From the NCBI GenBank assembly GCA_012744375.1, contig JAAYCD010000108.1, positions 1 through 42,073 of the forward strand: a stretch of DNA of 42,073 nt. The letters are read 5' to 3'. Under the pieces are notes generated by a model. The model was not told the DNA's origin and did not search any database. It saw nothing but the letters and a program-made list of their open reading frames with translations. This stretch comes from Erysipelotrichaceae bacterium (lineage in GTDB: Bacteria > Bacillota_I > Bacilli_A > RFN20 > CAG-826). Positions 18,461 to 27,932 of the stretch are shown here, in pieces. The position numbers were made by a program, and so were the translations under genes. Each line of letters opens with the position of its first letter. Position 1 is the stretch's first letter.

Positions 18461-20869
18461 TTGATGTTTGCAAATAAACAATCATTCAAAGTAGAATACG
18501 CAAAACGATTAATAGAAACTTACGGAGTAACAGTAGAAAAAAGTCACATTAGTGAAAGATTCCAAATACTTGGACAAATGGTTAGAGATTTCGCCAATAT
18601 CGACTGGGAAAAAACATACGATAAGGCGATTAACAAAGATCAAAAAACTTTGATTTACTTCTCAATGGAGTTTTTAATTGGTCGCTTATTGCTAAATAAT
18701 TTACAAAACATGGGCATTTATGATGTCGTTAAAGAAGGCTTAAGCGATTTTAATATTGATATTAATGAACTAGAACAAGTCGAAAGCGATGCAGGGCTTG
18801 GTAATGGTGGTTTAGGGCGCTTAGCAGCTTGTTTTTTGGATAGTATTGCTTCGCTAGGTTATCTTGGCCATGGAAACTGCATCCGTTATGCCTATGGCTT
18901 TTTCCGTCAACGCATCGTTAATGGAAAACAAGTTGAATTGCCCGATCAATGGTTAACTGATGGTAATCCTTGGGAAATTAGAAAGCCAAAATATGCGGTA
19001 GAAGTCAAGTTCTACGGTCGTCCTGAAACATATTTGAAAGCCGACGGCACATTTGGAATAAAAACAACGCAAACGGTGAATGTTAGAGCAGTGCCTTACG
19101 ACGTACCAATTGTTGGTTATAGAAATCACGTGACAAATACATTAAGACTATGGAATGCCGAACCTTCTTCTACGCCATTACCTAAAGGCATTTCATTTAA
19201 AGAATACTGCAATGCCTTAGCGGAACTATGCCATGGTTTATATCCCGATGATAGTACTGAAGAAGGTAGAATCCTCCGTCTCCGTCAACAATATTTTTTG
19301 GTATCAGCAGGTTTACAGGCGACTTTTCTTTCATATTTCCGTCATCACGGTACTTTAGTTGGCATTCATCGTCAGTATGTATTTCAACTTAACGACACCC
19401 ACCCAATTTTAGCTATCCCAGAAATGATGCGTATCATGATGGATGAATACGAGATGGGATGGGATGAATCTTGGAATGAAGTCAAACAAGCAATGGCTTT
19501 TACCAATCACACAGTTATGCCTGAAGCTTTAGAAAAATGGCCAGTCAACTATGTACAAAATCTCGTTCCTAGAGTGTTTATGATTATTGAAGAAATTAAT
19601 CGCCGTTTTAATTTAGAGATGGTGGAAAATCACGTTCCAGAAGTTGCGCGTCACCAAATGAATATTATCAAGGATGGTCAAATTCACATGTGCAATTTAG
19701 CCATCTATGCATCTTTTTCGGTTAACGGTGTCGCTGCTTTACATACCGAAATCTTAAAAAAGATTACTTTCAAAGATTTTTATGCCTATACTCCAGATAA
19801 GTTTAACAATAAAACTAATGGTGTCACCCATCGTCGCTGGTTAGTGTACGCTAATCCTAAACTAGCTAATTTAATTAGCGAAAAAATCGGCGAACAATGG
19901 ATTACTGACATGCCAGAAATTAAAAAATTTGCCGACTATCAAGATGATGAAGAAGTTTTGAGTAAACTCGCTGAAATTAAAAAAGAAAACAAAATCGCGC
20001 TAGCAAAGTACATAAAAGAACATCAAGGCATTGATGTTGATGTTAACGCCATCTTTGATGTGCAAATCAAACGTCTGCATGCTTATAAAAGGCAGTTATT
20101 AAATATTTTCCACGTCATCTACTTGTATTTAAGGATGAAAGAGGATAAAAACTTTAGAATTTATCCGCGTGTCTTTATCTTTGGGGCAAAAGCCGCACCT
20201 AGCTATGTATATGCAAAGAAAATTATTGAACTCATTCTAGCGGTTGCAGAAGTAATCAATGCTGATCCTGATACTGCTGATTTCTTAAAAGTTGTCTTTA
20301 TTGAAAACTATGGCGTGTCGTTAGCCGAACTAATCATCCCTGCCGCAGATGTTTCCGAACAAATTTCGACTGCCGGCAAAGAGGCAAGCGGCACATCAAA
20401 TATGAAGCTGATGATGAATGGCGCTATTACATTAGGTACCATGGACGGGGCTAATATTGAAATTGTCGAACATGCGGGAAAAGAAAATGCTGTAATTTTT
20501 GGTTTAACCGCTGAAGAAGTCGAGAAGCACAATCAATTGGCCGATATTAATCCTTGGGATATCTACCACAAAGACAAAAGAGTAAAAGCGGTACTTGATT
20601 CCTTATTCAATAGTGCTTGGTCAGGCTATAAACATGACCGCTTTGCAATGATCTTTGATGAAATTATGAATAAACGCGATGAGTATTATATTTTGACTGA
20701 TTTTGCAAGTTACCTTGAAGCACAAGAAAAAATTGATAAACTATATCGTAATCAAAAAGTGTGGCAAAAGATGTGCATTAATAATATTGCCAACTCCGCA
20801 TATTTCAGTAGTGACCGTACAATCGAAAGTTATGCCAAAGAAACTTGGCATTTAGAAAAGGTGAAATAA
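18461..20869 (+). CDS. glgP: Glycogen/alpha-glucan phosphorylase (GT35)
   Basis: GLGNGGLGRLAACF, LNDTHP, TNGVTHRRW, KRLHAYKRQ, PLP site EASGTSNMK; SD AGGAG. Start is TTG 18461 or ATG 18464. Confidence 0.97.
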   Translation: MMFANKQSFKVEYAKRLIETYGVTVEKSHISERFQILGQMVRDFANIDWEKTYDKAINKDQKTLIYFSMEFLIGRLLLNNLQNMGIYDVVKEGLSDFNIDINELEQVESDAGLGNGGLGRLAACFLDSIASLGYLGHGNCIRYAYGFFRQRIVNGKQVELPDQWLTDGNPWEIRKPKYAVEVKFYGRPETYLKADGTFGIKTTQTVNVRAVPYDVPIVGYRNHVTNTLRLWNAEPSSTPLPKGISFKEYCNALAELCHGLYPDDSTEEGRILRLRQQYFLVSAGLQATFLSYFRHHGTLVGIHRQYVFQLNDTHPILAIPEMMRIMMDEYEMGWDESWNEVKQAMAFTNHTVMPEALEKWPVNYVQNLVPRVFMIIEEINRRFNLEMVENHVPEVARHQMNIIKDGQIHMCNLAIYASFSVNGVAALHTEILKKITFKDFYAYTPDKFNNKTNGVTHRRWLVYANPKLANLISEKIGEQWITDMPEIKKFADYQDDEEVLSKLAEIKKENKIALAKYIKEHQGIDVDVNAIFDVQIKRLHAYKRQLLNIFHVIYLYLRMKEDKNFRIYPRVFIFGAKAAPSYVYAKKIIELILAVAEVINADPDTADFLKVVFIENYGVSLAELIIPAADVSEQISTAGKEASGTSNMKLMMNGAITLGTMDGANIEIVEHAGKENAVIFGLTAEEVEKHNQLADINPWDIYHKDKRVKAVLDSLFNSAWSGYKHDRFAMIFDEIMNKRDEYYILTDFASYLEAQEKIDKLYRNQKVWQKMCINNIANSAYFSSDRTIESYAKETWHLEKVK

Positions 20870-20872
20870 TTT

Positions 20873-21364
20873 ATGACGATTGACCTGACAAACTTATATC
20901 TTCAGCAAAGCGAATTAGACGAAACAATTGCCAGAAATCACGACGTGAGTTACGAATCAACGCGTGATAGAAGGATACTGGCCTTACTTGTAGAGCTTGG
21001 TGAATTCGCTAATGCTACTCGCTGTTTTAAGTATTGGTCAAATAAAAAAAGTGAAGACCAACATATTGTTTTAGATGAATATGTTGATGGTTTACATTTC
21101 TTTCTTTCTTTAGGTTTAGATATCAATGTTTCAAAAAAGATTTATCACCGTACGAAGTATGAAGACTCCTTAACTAAGCAAATCTTGAAGACATATCGTT
21201 TGCTTTGTGCTTTTCTTGTTAATCAAGATGAAGCAAGTTACATTCGTGCTTTTCAAGCGTTTTTAAATATCGTTCCTTTATTAAAGGTAAGGTGGTCGAC
21301 TATTGAAAAAGCATATTTAAAAAAGCTCGACGTGAACTATAATCGTCAGAACAATAATTACTAA
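20873..21364 (+). CDS. Dimeric all-alpha dUTP diphosphatase (dUTPase_2 family)
   Basis: Q.ELD, LALLVELGEFAN.TRCFKYWS, DEYVDGLHFFLS, AY..K..VN..RQ motifs. Confidence 0.88.
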   Translation: MTIDLTNLYLQQSELDETIARNHDVSYESTRDRRILALLVELGEFANATRCFKYWSNKKSEDQHIVLDEYVDGLHFFLSLGLDINVSKKIYHRTKYEDSLTKQILKTYRLLCAFLVNQDEASYIRAFQAFLNIVPLLKVRWSTIEKAYLKKLDVNYNRQNNNY

Positions 21365-21365
21365 T

Positions 21366-21803
21366 CTATTGATTTAAAAGGCTTAAAATTTCCTCTTCGT
21401 TAAAGACGGCGACGCCCTTTTGTTTTAAATATTTCGCGGTTACACCCATGCCATTAACAAGTTTTCCTGAGAAAGAACCATCATAAACTTGATGGACACC
21501 ACAGGAAGGAGATCTTTCTTTTAAGATAGCAATGCGAATGTTTAAATATAAGCAAATGTTATAAGCAAGCTCTGCTCCTTTTTCAAAATAAGCAGTCACT
21601 TCTTTACCTTTATTATCAAAAACTTTGTGATTTTTTTGTTCGCTTGGGTTTCTTGGAACAAGTAAACCACCTTCAACCTCAGGACAAAATGGAATGAGTT
21701 CATATTTTTCCATCAGTTGTTTTATTAAGGGTGTGTAGTTACTTCTTCCGTCGTATCTTACTTTGTCTCCAACGAGACAAGCAGAAATTAAAATCTTTTC
21801 CAT
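21366..21803 (-). CDS. DUF523 family protein (TudS / 2-thiouracil desulfurase-like)
   Basis: ILISACL.G..VRYDG, CPEVEGGL..PR, LKERSPSCG, GVTA motifs. Confidence 0.9.
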   Translation of the reverse strand: MEKILISACLVGDKVRYDGRSNYTPLIKQLMEKYELIPFCPEVEGGLLVPRNPSEQKNHKVFDNKGKEVTAYFEKGAELAYNICLYLNIRIAILKERSPSCGVHQVYDGSFSGKLVNGMGVTAKYLKQKGVAVFNEEEILSLLNQ

Positions 21804-21811
21804 ACCCGTCT

Positions 21812-21840
21812 ATTTTAATCATCTTTATATGATTGTGCAA
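21812..21840 (-). promoter_or_regulatory. Promoter of the DUF523 gene (near-leaderless)
   Basis: TTGCAC (21840-21835), 17-nt spacer, TAAAAT (21817-21812), 8 nt before the ATG. Confidence 0.6.
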
Positions 21841-21941
21841 TAAACAATTCAGCAGTTTTTTAAATATTATTTAATCGTTATAAATAACAATTAAAAATTT
21901 ACCGTAAACAAATAATATTGTTTCATAGTATGATATTAAAT

Positions 21942-22577
21942 ATGGAACATAATTTCACTTATATTCATGAAAATAAAGAGTATCAAGTGCTCGTTATATA
22001 TAAACGAATTAAAAACATCCATTATCGTTATATTGGCACTAGTTTTGTTATCTCTTGTCCGAATAGAACTAGTATCACCACTTTAAAAAGTGGGTTAGAT
22101 AAATTTGCCGGAAAACTCATTTCTAGACACATCACATTCCAAACGGAAACCGATTCATATATTTACATCTTTGGAAAAAAATATGAGCTTGCTTATCCAG
22201 GAAATATTTCCGTCAAAAGCCAAGAAATAAGCTTTAAAACTAAAGATGAATTACATAAAAAAATAAAGAAATTTTTCTTGACTTACTTAACCCAAATAAC
22301 CCATAAAGCTTCTATAGAAATGGGTGCGCCTTTTTACACTGTTAAATTAAGAAAAATGCGTTCGCGTTTAGGCTCTAATCACCGCAAAAACAAAACGATT
22401 ACTTATTCTTATTCATTAATACATTTTTCAGAAGAAATAATAAAGTCAGTTATCATACATGAATTGGCCCATTGTTTTGTCTTTAATCATGGGCAAAAGT
22501 TTTATGACATTCTATATAAATATTGCCCCAATTATGATGAATGTCGTCGTAAATTACTGAAAGTTGAGCTTAACTAA
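21942..22577 (+). CDS. YgjP-like (DUF45) zinc metallohydrolase
   Basis: MRSRLGS, VIIHELAH..VFNHGQKFY (HExxH…NH). ATG 21942 lies 7 nt after TATGAT. Confidence 0.85.
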   Translation: MEHNFTYIHENKEYQVLVIYKRIKNIHYRYIGTSFVISCPNRTSITTLKSGLDKFAGKLISRHITFQTETDSYIYIFGKKYELAYPGNISVKSQEISFKTKDELHKKIKKFFLTYLTQITHKASIEMGAPFYTVKLRKMRSRLGSNHRKNKTITYSYSLIHFSEEIIKSVIIHELAHCFVFNHGQKFYDILYKYCPNYDECRRKLLKVELN

Positions 22578-23302
22578 TGCATACTATCATATCTAAAAAT
22601 AATCAAAAAGTAAAAGAAGCATATGCTCTTAAACAAAAGAAAGAACGTCAAGAAAAAGGGCTTTTCCTAATGGAAGGAAGAAAAAACCTAGATATGGCAT
22701 TAGCCTATGGTCAGGTGGATACCATTTTTACAATGATTGATTTGCCTGACATTGATCCTGAAATCGAAATATGTCATGTCAATAAAGAAGTAATTGATAA
22801 ACTAGCCTTTTCTGAATGTCCTGAAGGCGTTGTTTTTGTCGCACGAACTCTTAAACCAAAAATGAAGAAAAAGAATCTGCATAAAATAATATATTTGGAT
22901 GGCGTTAGTGATCCAGGAAACTTAGGGACAATGATTCGTACCGCGACAGCATTTAATTTTGACGCGATTGTTCTTGCAAAGGGTAGTGTAGATATCTATA
23001 ACGAAAAAGTCCTAGCAGCTACTAAAGGAAGCGTCTTTTTAATTGATGCTTATTACGATGATTTAGCCAACTATAAAAAGACACACAAGATTATCGTCTC
23101 GACGCTTGACAAACCTTCGCTGCCATTAAACGAGTTGCCAAAACTAGAAAATTTTGTTCTGGTTTTAGGTAATGAAAGTCATGGTGTAAGTCCAACGTCT
23201 TTAGCTTTAGCGGATATAAAGGTTAATATCCCCATCTCAAATAAAGTTGACTCCTTAAACGTGGCTGTAGCCGCGAGTATATTCATGCATCATCTGCAAT
23301 AG
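22577..23302 (+). CDS. TrmH/SpoU family RNA 2'-O-methyltransferase
   Basis: DPGNLGTMIRTA, LGNESHGVS, DSLNVAVAA SPOUT motifs; upstream of pheS as in Bacilli; TAATG coupling. Confidence 0.93.
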   Translation: MHTIISKNNQKVKEAYALKQKKERQEKGLFLMEGRKNLDMALAYGQVDTIFTMIDLPDIDPEIEICHVNKEVIDKLAFSECPEGVVFVARTLKPKMKKKNLHKIIYLDGVSDPGNLGTMIRTATAFNFDAIVLAKGSVDIYNEKVLAATKGSVFLIDAYYDDLANYKKTHKIIVSTLDKPSLPLNELPKLENFVLVLGNESHGVSPTSLALADIKVNIPISNKVDSLNVAVAASIFMHHLQ

Positions 23303-23357
23303 TTTAGTTGCTAATCATTATTAAATTGACAATTTACTAATGTAAGAAGTTTTTTTG

Positions 23358-23366
23358 TGCTATAAT
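23358..23366 (+). promoter_or_regulatory. Extended -10 promoter of pheST
   Basis: TGcTATAAT, 29 nt upstream of the pheS ATG; no well-spaced -35. Confidence 0.6.
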
Positions 23367-23395
23367 CATTAACGATTTATTAGCGAGGGTTGAAC

Positions 23396-24433
23396 ATGGA
23401 AAAAGAAACTCTATTACTATTACAAAACGCTGCCTTAAAGCAAATTGAAGAAGCGGACAATAGCGAAGCTTTGAATAATGTCCGTAACACTTTTCTTTCA
23501 AAGAAAAGCGAACTATCTTCTTTGATGAGCCAACTCGGTACTTTGTCTAGTGAACAAAGAAAAGAATATGGTCAAGTCATTAATGGGGTGCGTGTCACAA
23601 TTACTAATGCTATCGAACAAAAAATGGCACTTTTAAAAGCTAAAGAACTTGAAGCGAAATTAGCCAGAGAAACAATCGATATTACTCTACCGGGAAAAGA
23701 AGGTAGTGTCGGAGCAAGAAACCCATTTTATGTCATTGAAGAAGAGATGATTGAAATCTTTTTAGGCATGGGTTTTGAAATAGCTGATGGTCCAGAAGTA
23801 GAAAGTGACCATTATAACTTTGAGTTAATGAATATTCCTAAAGATCACCCATCTCGCGATATGCAAGATACCTTTTATATCGACGATAATAACTTATTAA
23901 GAACTCACACTTCTCCAGTTCAAGCGCGCGTCATGCAAGCAAAAAAAGAAGGGCCAATTAGAGTCATTTGCCCAGGTAAAACATACCGCCGTGACGATGA
24001 TGATGCAACTCACTCACATCAATTTGCACAAATTGAAGGCTTAGTAGTCGACAAAGATATTAATATTGGCCACTTAAAAGCCACGCTTGAATTATTCGTG
24101 AAAAAAATGTTCGGTGAAAAACGCGAAATTAGATTAAGAAGTTCTTATTTCCCTTTTACTGAGCCGAGCGTTGAAGTTGATATTACTTGCGCTAATTGTG
24201 GAGGTAAAGGGTGTTCCATGTGTAAAGGTACCGGTTATATCGAAATCTTAGGTGCTGGTATGGTCCATCCAAACGTTTTGAAAATGAGCGGTTATGACCC
24301 GGAAGTTTATAGCGGCTTTGCCTTTGGTGTCGGTATTGAACGCGTGGCGATTTTGCGCTATGGCATTGATGATATTCGTAAGTTTTATCAAAATGATGTC
24401 CGTTTTATTCGGCAATTCAAAAAAGCAAGCTAG
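23396..24433 (+). CDS. pheS: Phenylalanine--tRNA ligase alpha subunit
   Basis: [36 protein letters not shown], CxxC…CxxC insert, GFAFG.G.ER. Start ATG 23396 after GAGGG. Confidence 0.98.
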   Translation: MEKETLLLLQNAALKQIEEADNSEALNNVRNTFLSKKSELSSLMSQLGTLSSEQRKEYGQVINGVRVTITNAIEQKMALLKAKELEAKLARETIDITLPGKEGSVGARNPFYVIEEEMIEIFLGMGFEIADGPEVESDHYNFELMNIPKDHPSRDMQDTFYIDDNNLLRTHTSPVQARVMQAKKEGPIRVICPGKTYRRDDDDATHSHQFAQIEGLVVDKDINIGHLKATLELFVKKMFGEKREIRLRSSYFPFTEPSVEVDITCANCGGKGCSMCKGTGYIEILGAGMVHPNVLKMSGYDPEVYSGFAFGVGIERVAILRYGIDDIRKFYQNDVRFIRQFKKAS

Positions 24434-24445
24434 GAGGAAGTAACT

Positions 24446-26845
24446 ATGTTAGTCAGTTTAAAAAACGTTAGTAAATATGTTTCTTTAGATGGTTTGACCG
24501 CTGAAGAAATCGCCGATAAGTTAACTTTTTCCGGTGTTGAAGTTGAAGAAGTTGGGCGCTTAGCTAGTGGTAGTCATTTAGTCATTGGTGAAGTGATTAA
24601 GTGTGAAAAACATCCTAACAGCGATCATCTTCATGTTTTAGATGTGAATCTTGGTAATCAATATGGTGTTACTCAAATAGTGTGTGGTGCCCCTAATGCT
24701 AAAAAAGGACTTAAGGTTATCGTTGCTAGAGTCGGTGCTATTCTTCCACAACTAGATATAAAAAAAGGCAATATTAGAGGGATAGAAAGCAACGGCATGT
24801 GCTGTTCACTACTCGAACTTGGTGTTGATGCTAAATATTTAAGCGAATACCAAAAAGCGGGAATTGAAGAATTACCTTTAGACGCTCCAGTAGGAGAAGA
24901 AAATGTCTTAGGATATTTAGGGTTAGACGATGTTATTTTAAATCTTAAGGTATTAGCTAATCGCCCAGACTTACTTTCTACTATTAATGTCGCAAGAGAA
25001 ATCGGCGCATTATATGCTCGGGAAGTGAAAATTCCTACCTTTTCTACTAACGTATCATTTAACACCAAACTAGTCGTGGGATCTAAAACAAAGAAATGTA
25101 GTCAATTTGCTGGTAGAGAAATTAGAAATATTGTTACTAAACCATCGCCAAAATGGTTAGTTTCTTCACTAATGGCTATGGGCATTAGAAGTATTAATAA
25201 CATTGTTGATATCGGAAACTATGTCATGATGATGACCGGTCAACCCCTTCATATGTATGATGCTGACAAACTTGAAAAAGCCGAGCTTTATGCGCAAGAA
25301 GATTATCAAGGTGATTTTGTTGCTTTAGATGAAAAGACATATAAAGTCATCAAAGGTGATATCGTTATTGCTTCAAACAATGAACCCAAATGTTTGGGTG
25401 GATTGATGGGGGCATTAAATTGTGCTGTTACAGATCAAACTAAAAACATTTATATCGAAGCGGCTTCTTTTGATAGTGCTTCTATTAGAAGAACATCGAA
25501 TCGTTTAGGTTTATTTAGCGAATCTTCTGCTCGTTTTATAAAAGGGACTAATCACTATCAAGCTGAGTTTGTTATGAACTTTGTGACTGCATTAATTAAT
25601 GATCTTTGCGAAACAAATGAAAATAGTAATATTGTTACTTATCAAAGCGAAAAATATGAACCACAAGTCATAAATACAACAGTCGATAAAATTAATAAAC
25701 GCCTAGGAACTAGTTTTACCAAAGTAGAGATTGCTAATGCCTTAAGTAGACTTAATTTTGTCACGAAGTTTAAAAATGATGAAGAATTCTCGACGAGCGT
25801 TCCTGCCTATCGTTTGGATATCACTGGTCCCGCCGACTTAAGCGAAGAAGTCATACGTTTACTAGGCTTTGAGCACGTTAAATCTGTGCTTCCTGCCTTA
25901 GATACTAAAGTAGGTTTGTTAACTACTAGACAAAAAAGAATTAAAAATATCAAAACATACTTGCGTAATAAAGGTTTGGATGAATGCGTCACCTACACAT
26001 TAACTTCGACGAAGAAAATGCATGATTTCAATATCTTAAAGGAAGAAGAACATTACGCTATTATAAATCCTTTAACCGACGAAAGAGTCGTTGTTAGAAC
26101 ACATATTTTAGGTTCTTTACTTGAAGTTGCAAACTATAACATCGCGCGACAAAATAAAAATCTAGCAATCTTTGAAGTTTCTAACATGATCAGCAAAGTT
26201 TCACGGAGTGAACACCTAGCAATTGTATTAGTTGGTAAAAAACAAGGTCAAGGTTTAATGCACGAAGTCGATTATGATTTCTTCGATATGAAAGGTTTAA
26301 TCGAAGGTTTATTTACTACCTTAGGTGTCGAGTCATCTAGATATAAATTTGAAAGACTAGTGGACACTAAAGGTGAATTACATCCAGGCAAATCTGCGAG
26401 CATCATTTTCCAAAATAAAATTATAGGTAAGTTTGGTGAACTTCATCCAAATGCCATAGAAAAATACGACTTAGGGAAAACCTCAGCCGTAGCTTTAGAA
26501 ATTGATCTTGAAGCCTTACTTGAAGCGAAAGTAAGTGAAATAAAGATGGTGCCAATTTCACGTTATCCAAGTGTATCCAGAGACTTAGCTTTTATATTAG
26601 ATAAAGGTATCGCTGCTGGAGATGTAATTAAATATGTGAAAAAAAGTGGTGGTTCTTTAGTCGTAGACTGCCAAGTGTTTGATGTTTATCAAGGTGAACA
26701 TATTGCCGAAGGTAAGAAATCAATGGCAATTACTGTTACTTACTTAAAAGATAACGCCACCTTAACAGAAAAAGAAGTTAGCGATGCAGAAGATAAAATT
26801 AAGTTTGAACTTGCGCGTTCCTTCAAAGCGGAGATTCGTAGTTAA
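24446..26845 (+). CDS. pheT: Phenylalanine--tRNA ligase beta subunit
   Basis: IVCGAPN, RGIESNGM.CS, NRPDLLS, GQPLH.YD, LHPG, YPSVSRDLAF; SD AGGAGG. Confidence 0.98.
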   Translation: MLVSLKNVSKYVSLDGLTAEEIADKLTFSGVEVEEVGRLASGSHLVIGEVIKCEKHPNSDHLHVLDVNLGNQYGVTQIVCGAPNAKKGLKVIVARVGAILPQLDIKKGNIRGIESNGMCCSLLELGVDAKYLSEYQKAGIEELPLDAPVGEENVLGYLGLDDVILNLKVLANRPDLLSTINVAREIGALYAREVKIPTFSTNVSFNTKLVVGSKTKKCSQFAGREIRNIVTKPSPKWLVSSLMAMGIRSINNIVDIGNYVMMMTGQPLHMYDADKLEKAELYAQEDYQGDFVALDEKTYKVIKGDIVIASNNEPKCLGGLMGALNCAVTDQTKNIYIEAASFDSASIRRTSNRLGLFSESSARFIKGTNHYQAEFVMNFVTALINDLCETNENSNIVTYQSEKYEPQVINTTVDKINKRLGTSFTKVEIANALSRLNFVTKFKNDEEFSTSVPAYRLDITGPADLSEEVIRLLGFEHVKSVLPALDTKVGLLTTRQKRIKNIKTYLRNKGLDECVTYTLTSTKKMHDFNILKEEEHYAIINPLTDERVVVRTHILGSLLEVANYNIARQNKNLAIFEVSNMISKVSRSEHLAIVLVGKKQGQGLMHEVDYDFFDMKGLIEGLFTTLGVESSRYKFERLVDTKGELHPGKSASIIFQNKIIGKFGELHPNAIEKYDLGKTSAVALEIDLEALLEAKVSEIKMVPISRYPSVSRDLAFILDKGIAAGDVIKYVKKSGGSLVVDCQVFDVYQGEHIAEGKKSMAITVTYLKDNATLTEKEVSDAEDKIKFELARSFKAEIRS

Positions 26846-27348
26846 TGAAAATTAATCGTGCCACTTTACCAATAAAAAAAGACGTAAATATCATCGAGAC
26901 AATTGACTTTAGTATTTATCCGTTTGATGAGCATCACATCCGAAGAGTTGATCGGTGTGAAGTGAAAGTCATTTTGCATGAATTTGAAGATGTCTTAAGT
27001 TGCAAACTAACTGGCACTGCTGAGGTAATTGCCGCATGTTCATATACATTAGATGACGTTCCTTTAAAAGTAAAATTTAAAGAAGATTTCTTCTTCTCTA
27101 ATGAAGAAAATGGCTCAGAAAATATTGACTTTGAACCAAACAATATTATCGATTTAGATCCATACATCATCGCTTTAATTTGCGCTGCTGTGCCACATAA
27201 CTTAGTCAAGCCAGGCGCTACTTTACCAAGTGGTGGAAAAGGCTATCGCGTTTTAACAGAAGAACAATATTTATCGGAGAAAAAGAATAAAAGAAATACC
27301 TCCTTTGACATTTTGGATACTTTAATTACTGACGATGAAGTAAAATAG
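26845..27348 (+). CDS. DUF177/YceD family protein
   Basis: CSYTLDDV, IDLDPYI…AVP, C-terminal F..L motif; TAATG-coupled to pheT. Confidence 0.7.
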   Translation: MKINRATLPIKKDVNIIETIDFSIYPFDEHHIRRVDRCEVKVILHEFEDVLSCKLTGTAEVIAACSYTLDDVPLKVKFKEDFFFSNEENGSENIDFEPNNIIDLDPYIIALICAAVPHNLVKPGATLPSGGKGYRVLTEEQYLSEKKNKRNTSFDILDTLITDDEVK

Positions 27349-27376
27349 TCATCTTTAAAATAAAGATAGACACAAT

Positions 27377-27412
27377 AAAATGTTCCGCTAATAAGGAGCA
27401 TTTTCTTTTTTT
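27377..27412 (+). terminator. Intrinsic terminator after pheST-yceD
   Basis: AAAATGTTCC-gctaataa-GGAGCATTTT followed by CTTTTTTT. A second small inverted repeat lies at 27348-27371. Confidence 0.7.
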
Positions 27413-27434
27413 ATATTATTTTCTTTCTTAAGTG

Positions 27435-27463
27435 TTGCAATCAGTTACTCCATTTGTAATAAT
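27435..27463 (+). promoter_or_regulatory. Promoter of the mraZ operon
   Basis: TTGCAA (27435-27440), 17-nt spacer, TGt-AATAAT (27458-27463). Confidence 0.55.
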
Positions 27464-27470
27464 AAAGGCA

Positions 27471-27500
27471 CAAGTGGTAGAAAGTGGTAGAAAGTGGTAA
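27471..27500 (+). promoter_or_regulatory. MraZ binding repeats (3 x 10 bp)
   Basis: cAAGTGGTAG AAAGTGGTAG AAAGTGGTAA directly before mraZ; matches the known GTGG-core, 10-bp-period MraZ operator. Confidence 0.9.
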
Positions 27501-27502
27501 AA

Positions 27503-27928
27503 ATGTTTTTTGGAAGTTATAACCATACACTAGATGAAAAAGGTCGCTTGATGATTCCGCGTAAAATGCGTGAACAAGTCGGCGAAGTACTTTATATCAT
27601 GCAGGGCTACGATGGCTCTTTATCACTATATACCGAAACCCGCTATCAAGCATTAGTGGAGGAATATAGTCGCTTATCTTTCAATCAAAGCAAAGTCCGT
27701 GACTATTTACGCCTACAATTCGCTAGCACCTTCGAAATCGAAATCGATAAGTTGGGTCGCATCCAACTTCCTACAGCCTTACTCAGCAAGTTCAACATCT
27801 CACGTGATGTGATGGTACTTGGCATTGGTGACCACATCGAAATTTGGGATAAAACCAAATATGAAGATTATGAGAATTTAAAACGCAACGAGTTCGATGC
27901 CATTGCTGAAGAAATCTCAAATAAGTAA
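27503..27928 (+). CDS. mraZ: Division/cell wall cluster transcriptional regulator MraZ
   Basis: MFFGSYNHTLDEKGRL.IP, DKLGRIQLP, HIEIW motifs; start ATG 27503. Confidence 0.97.
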   Translation: MFFGSYNHTLDEKGRLMIPRKMREQVGEVLYIMQGYDGSLSLYTETRYQALVEEYSRLSFNQSKVRDYLRLQFASTFEIEIDKLGRIQLPTALLSKFNISRDVMVLGIGDHIEIWDKTKYEDYENLKRNEFDAIAEEISNK

Positions 27929-27932
27929 GCGT

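Noticed and set aside
27471-27500. 10-bp tandem repeat as a CRISPR, VNTR or iteron
   Set aside because: No spacers; position and GTGG core identify it as the MraZ operator.
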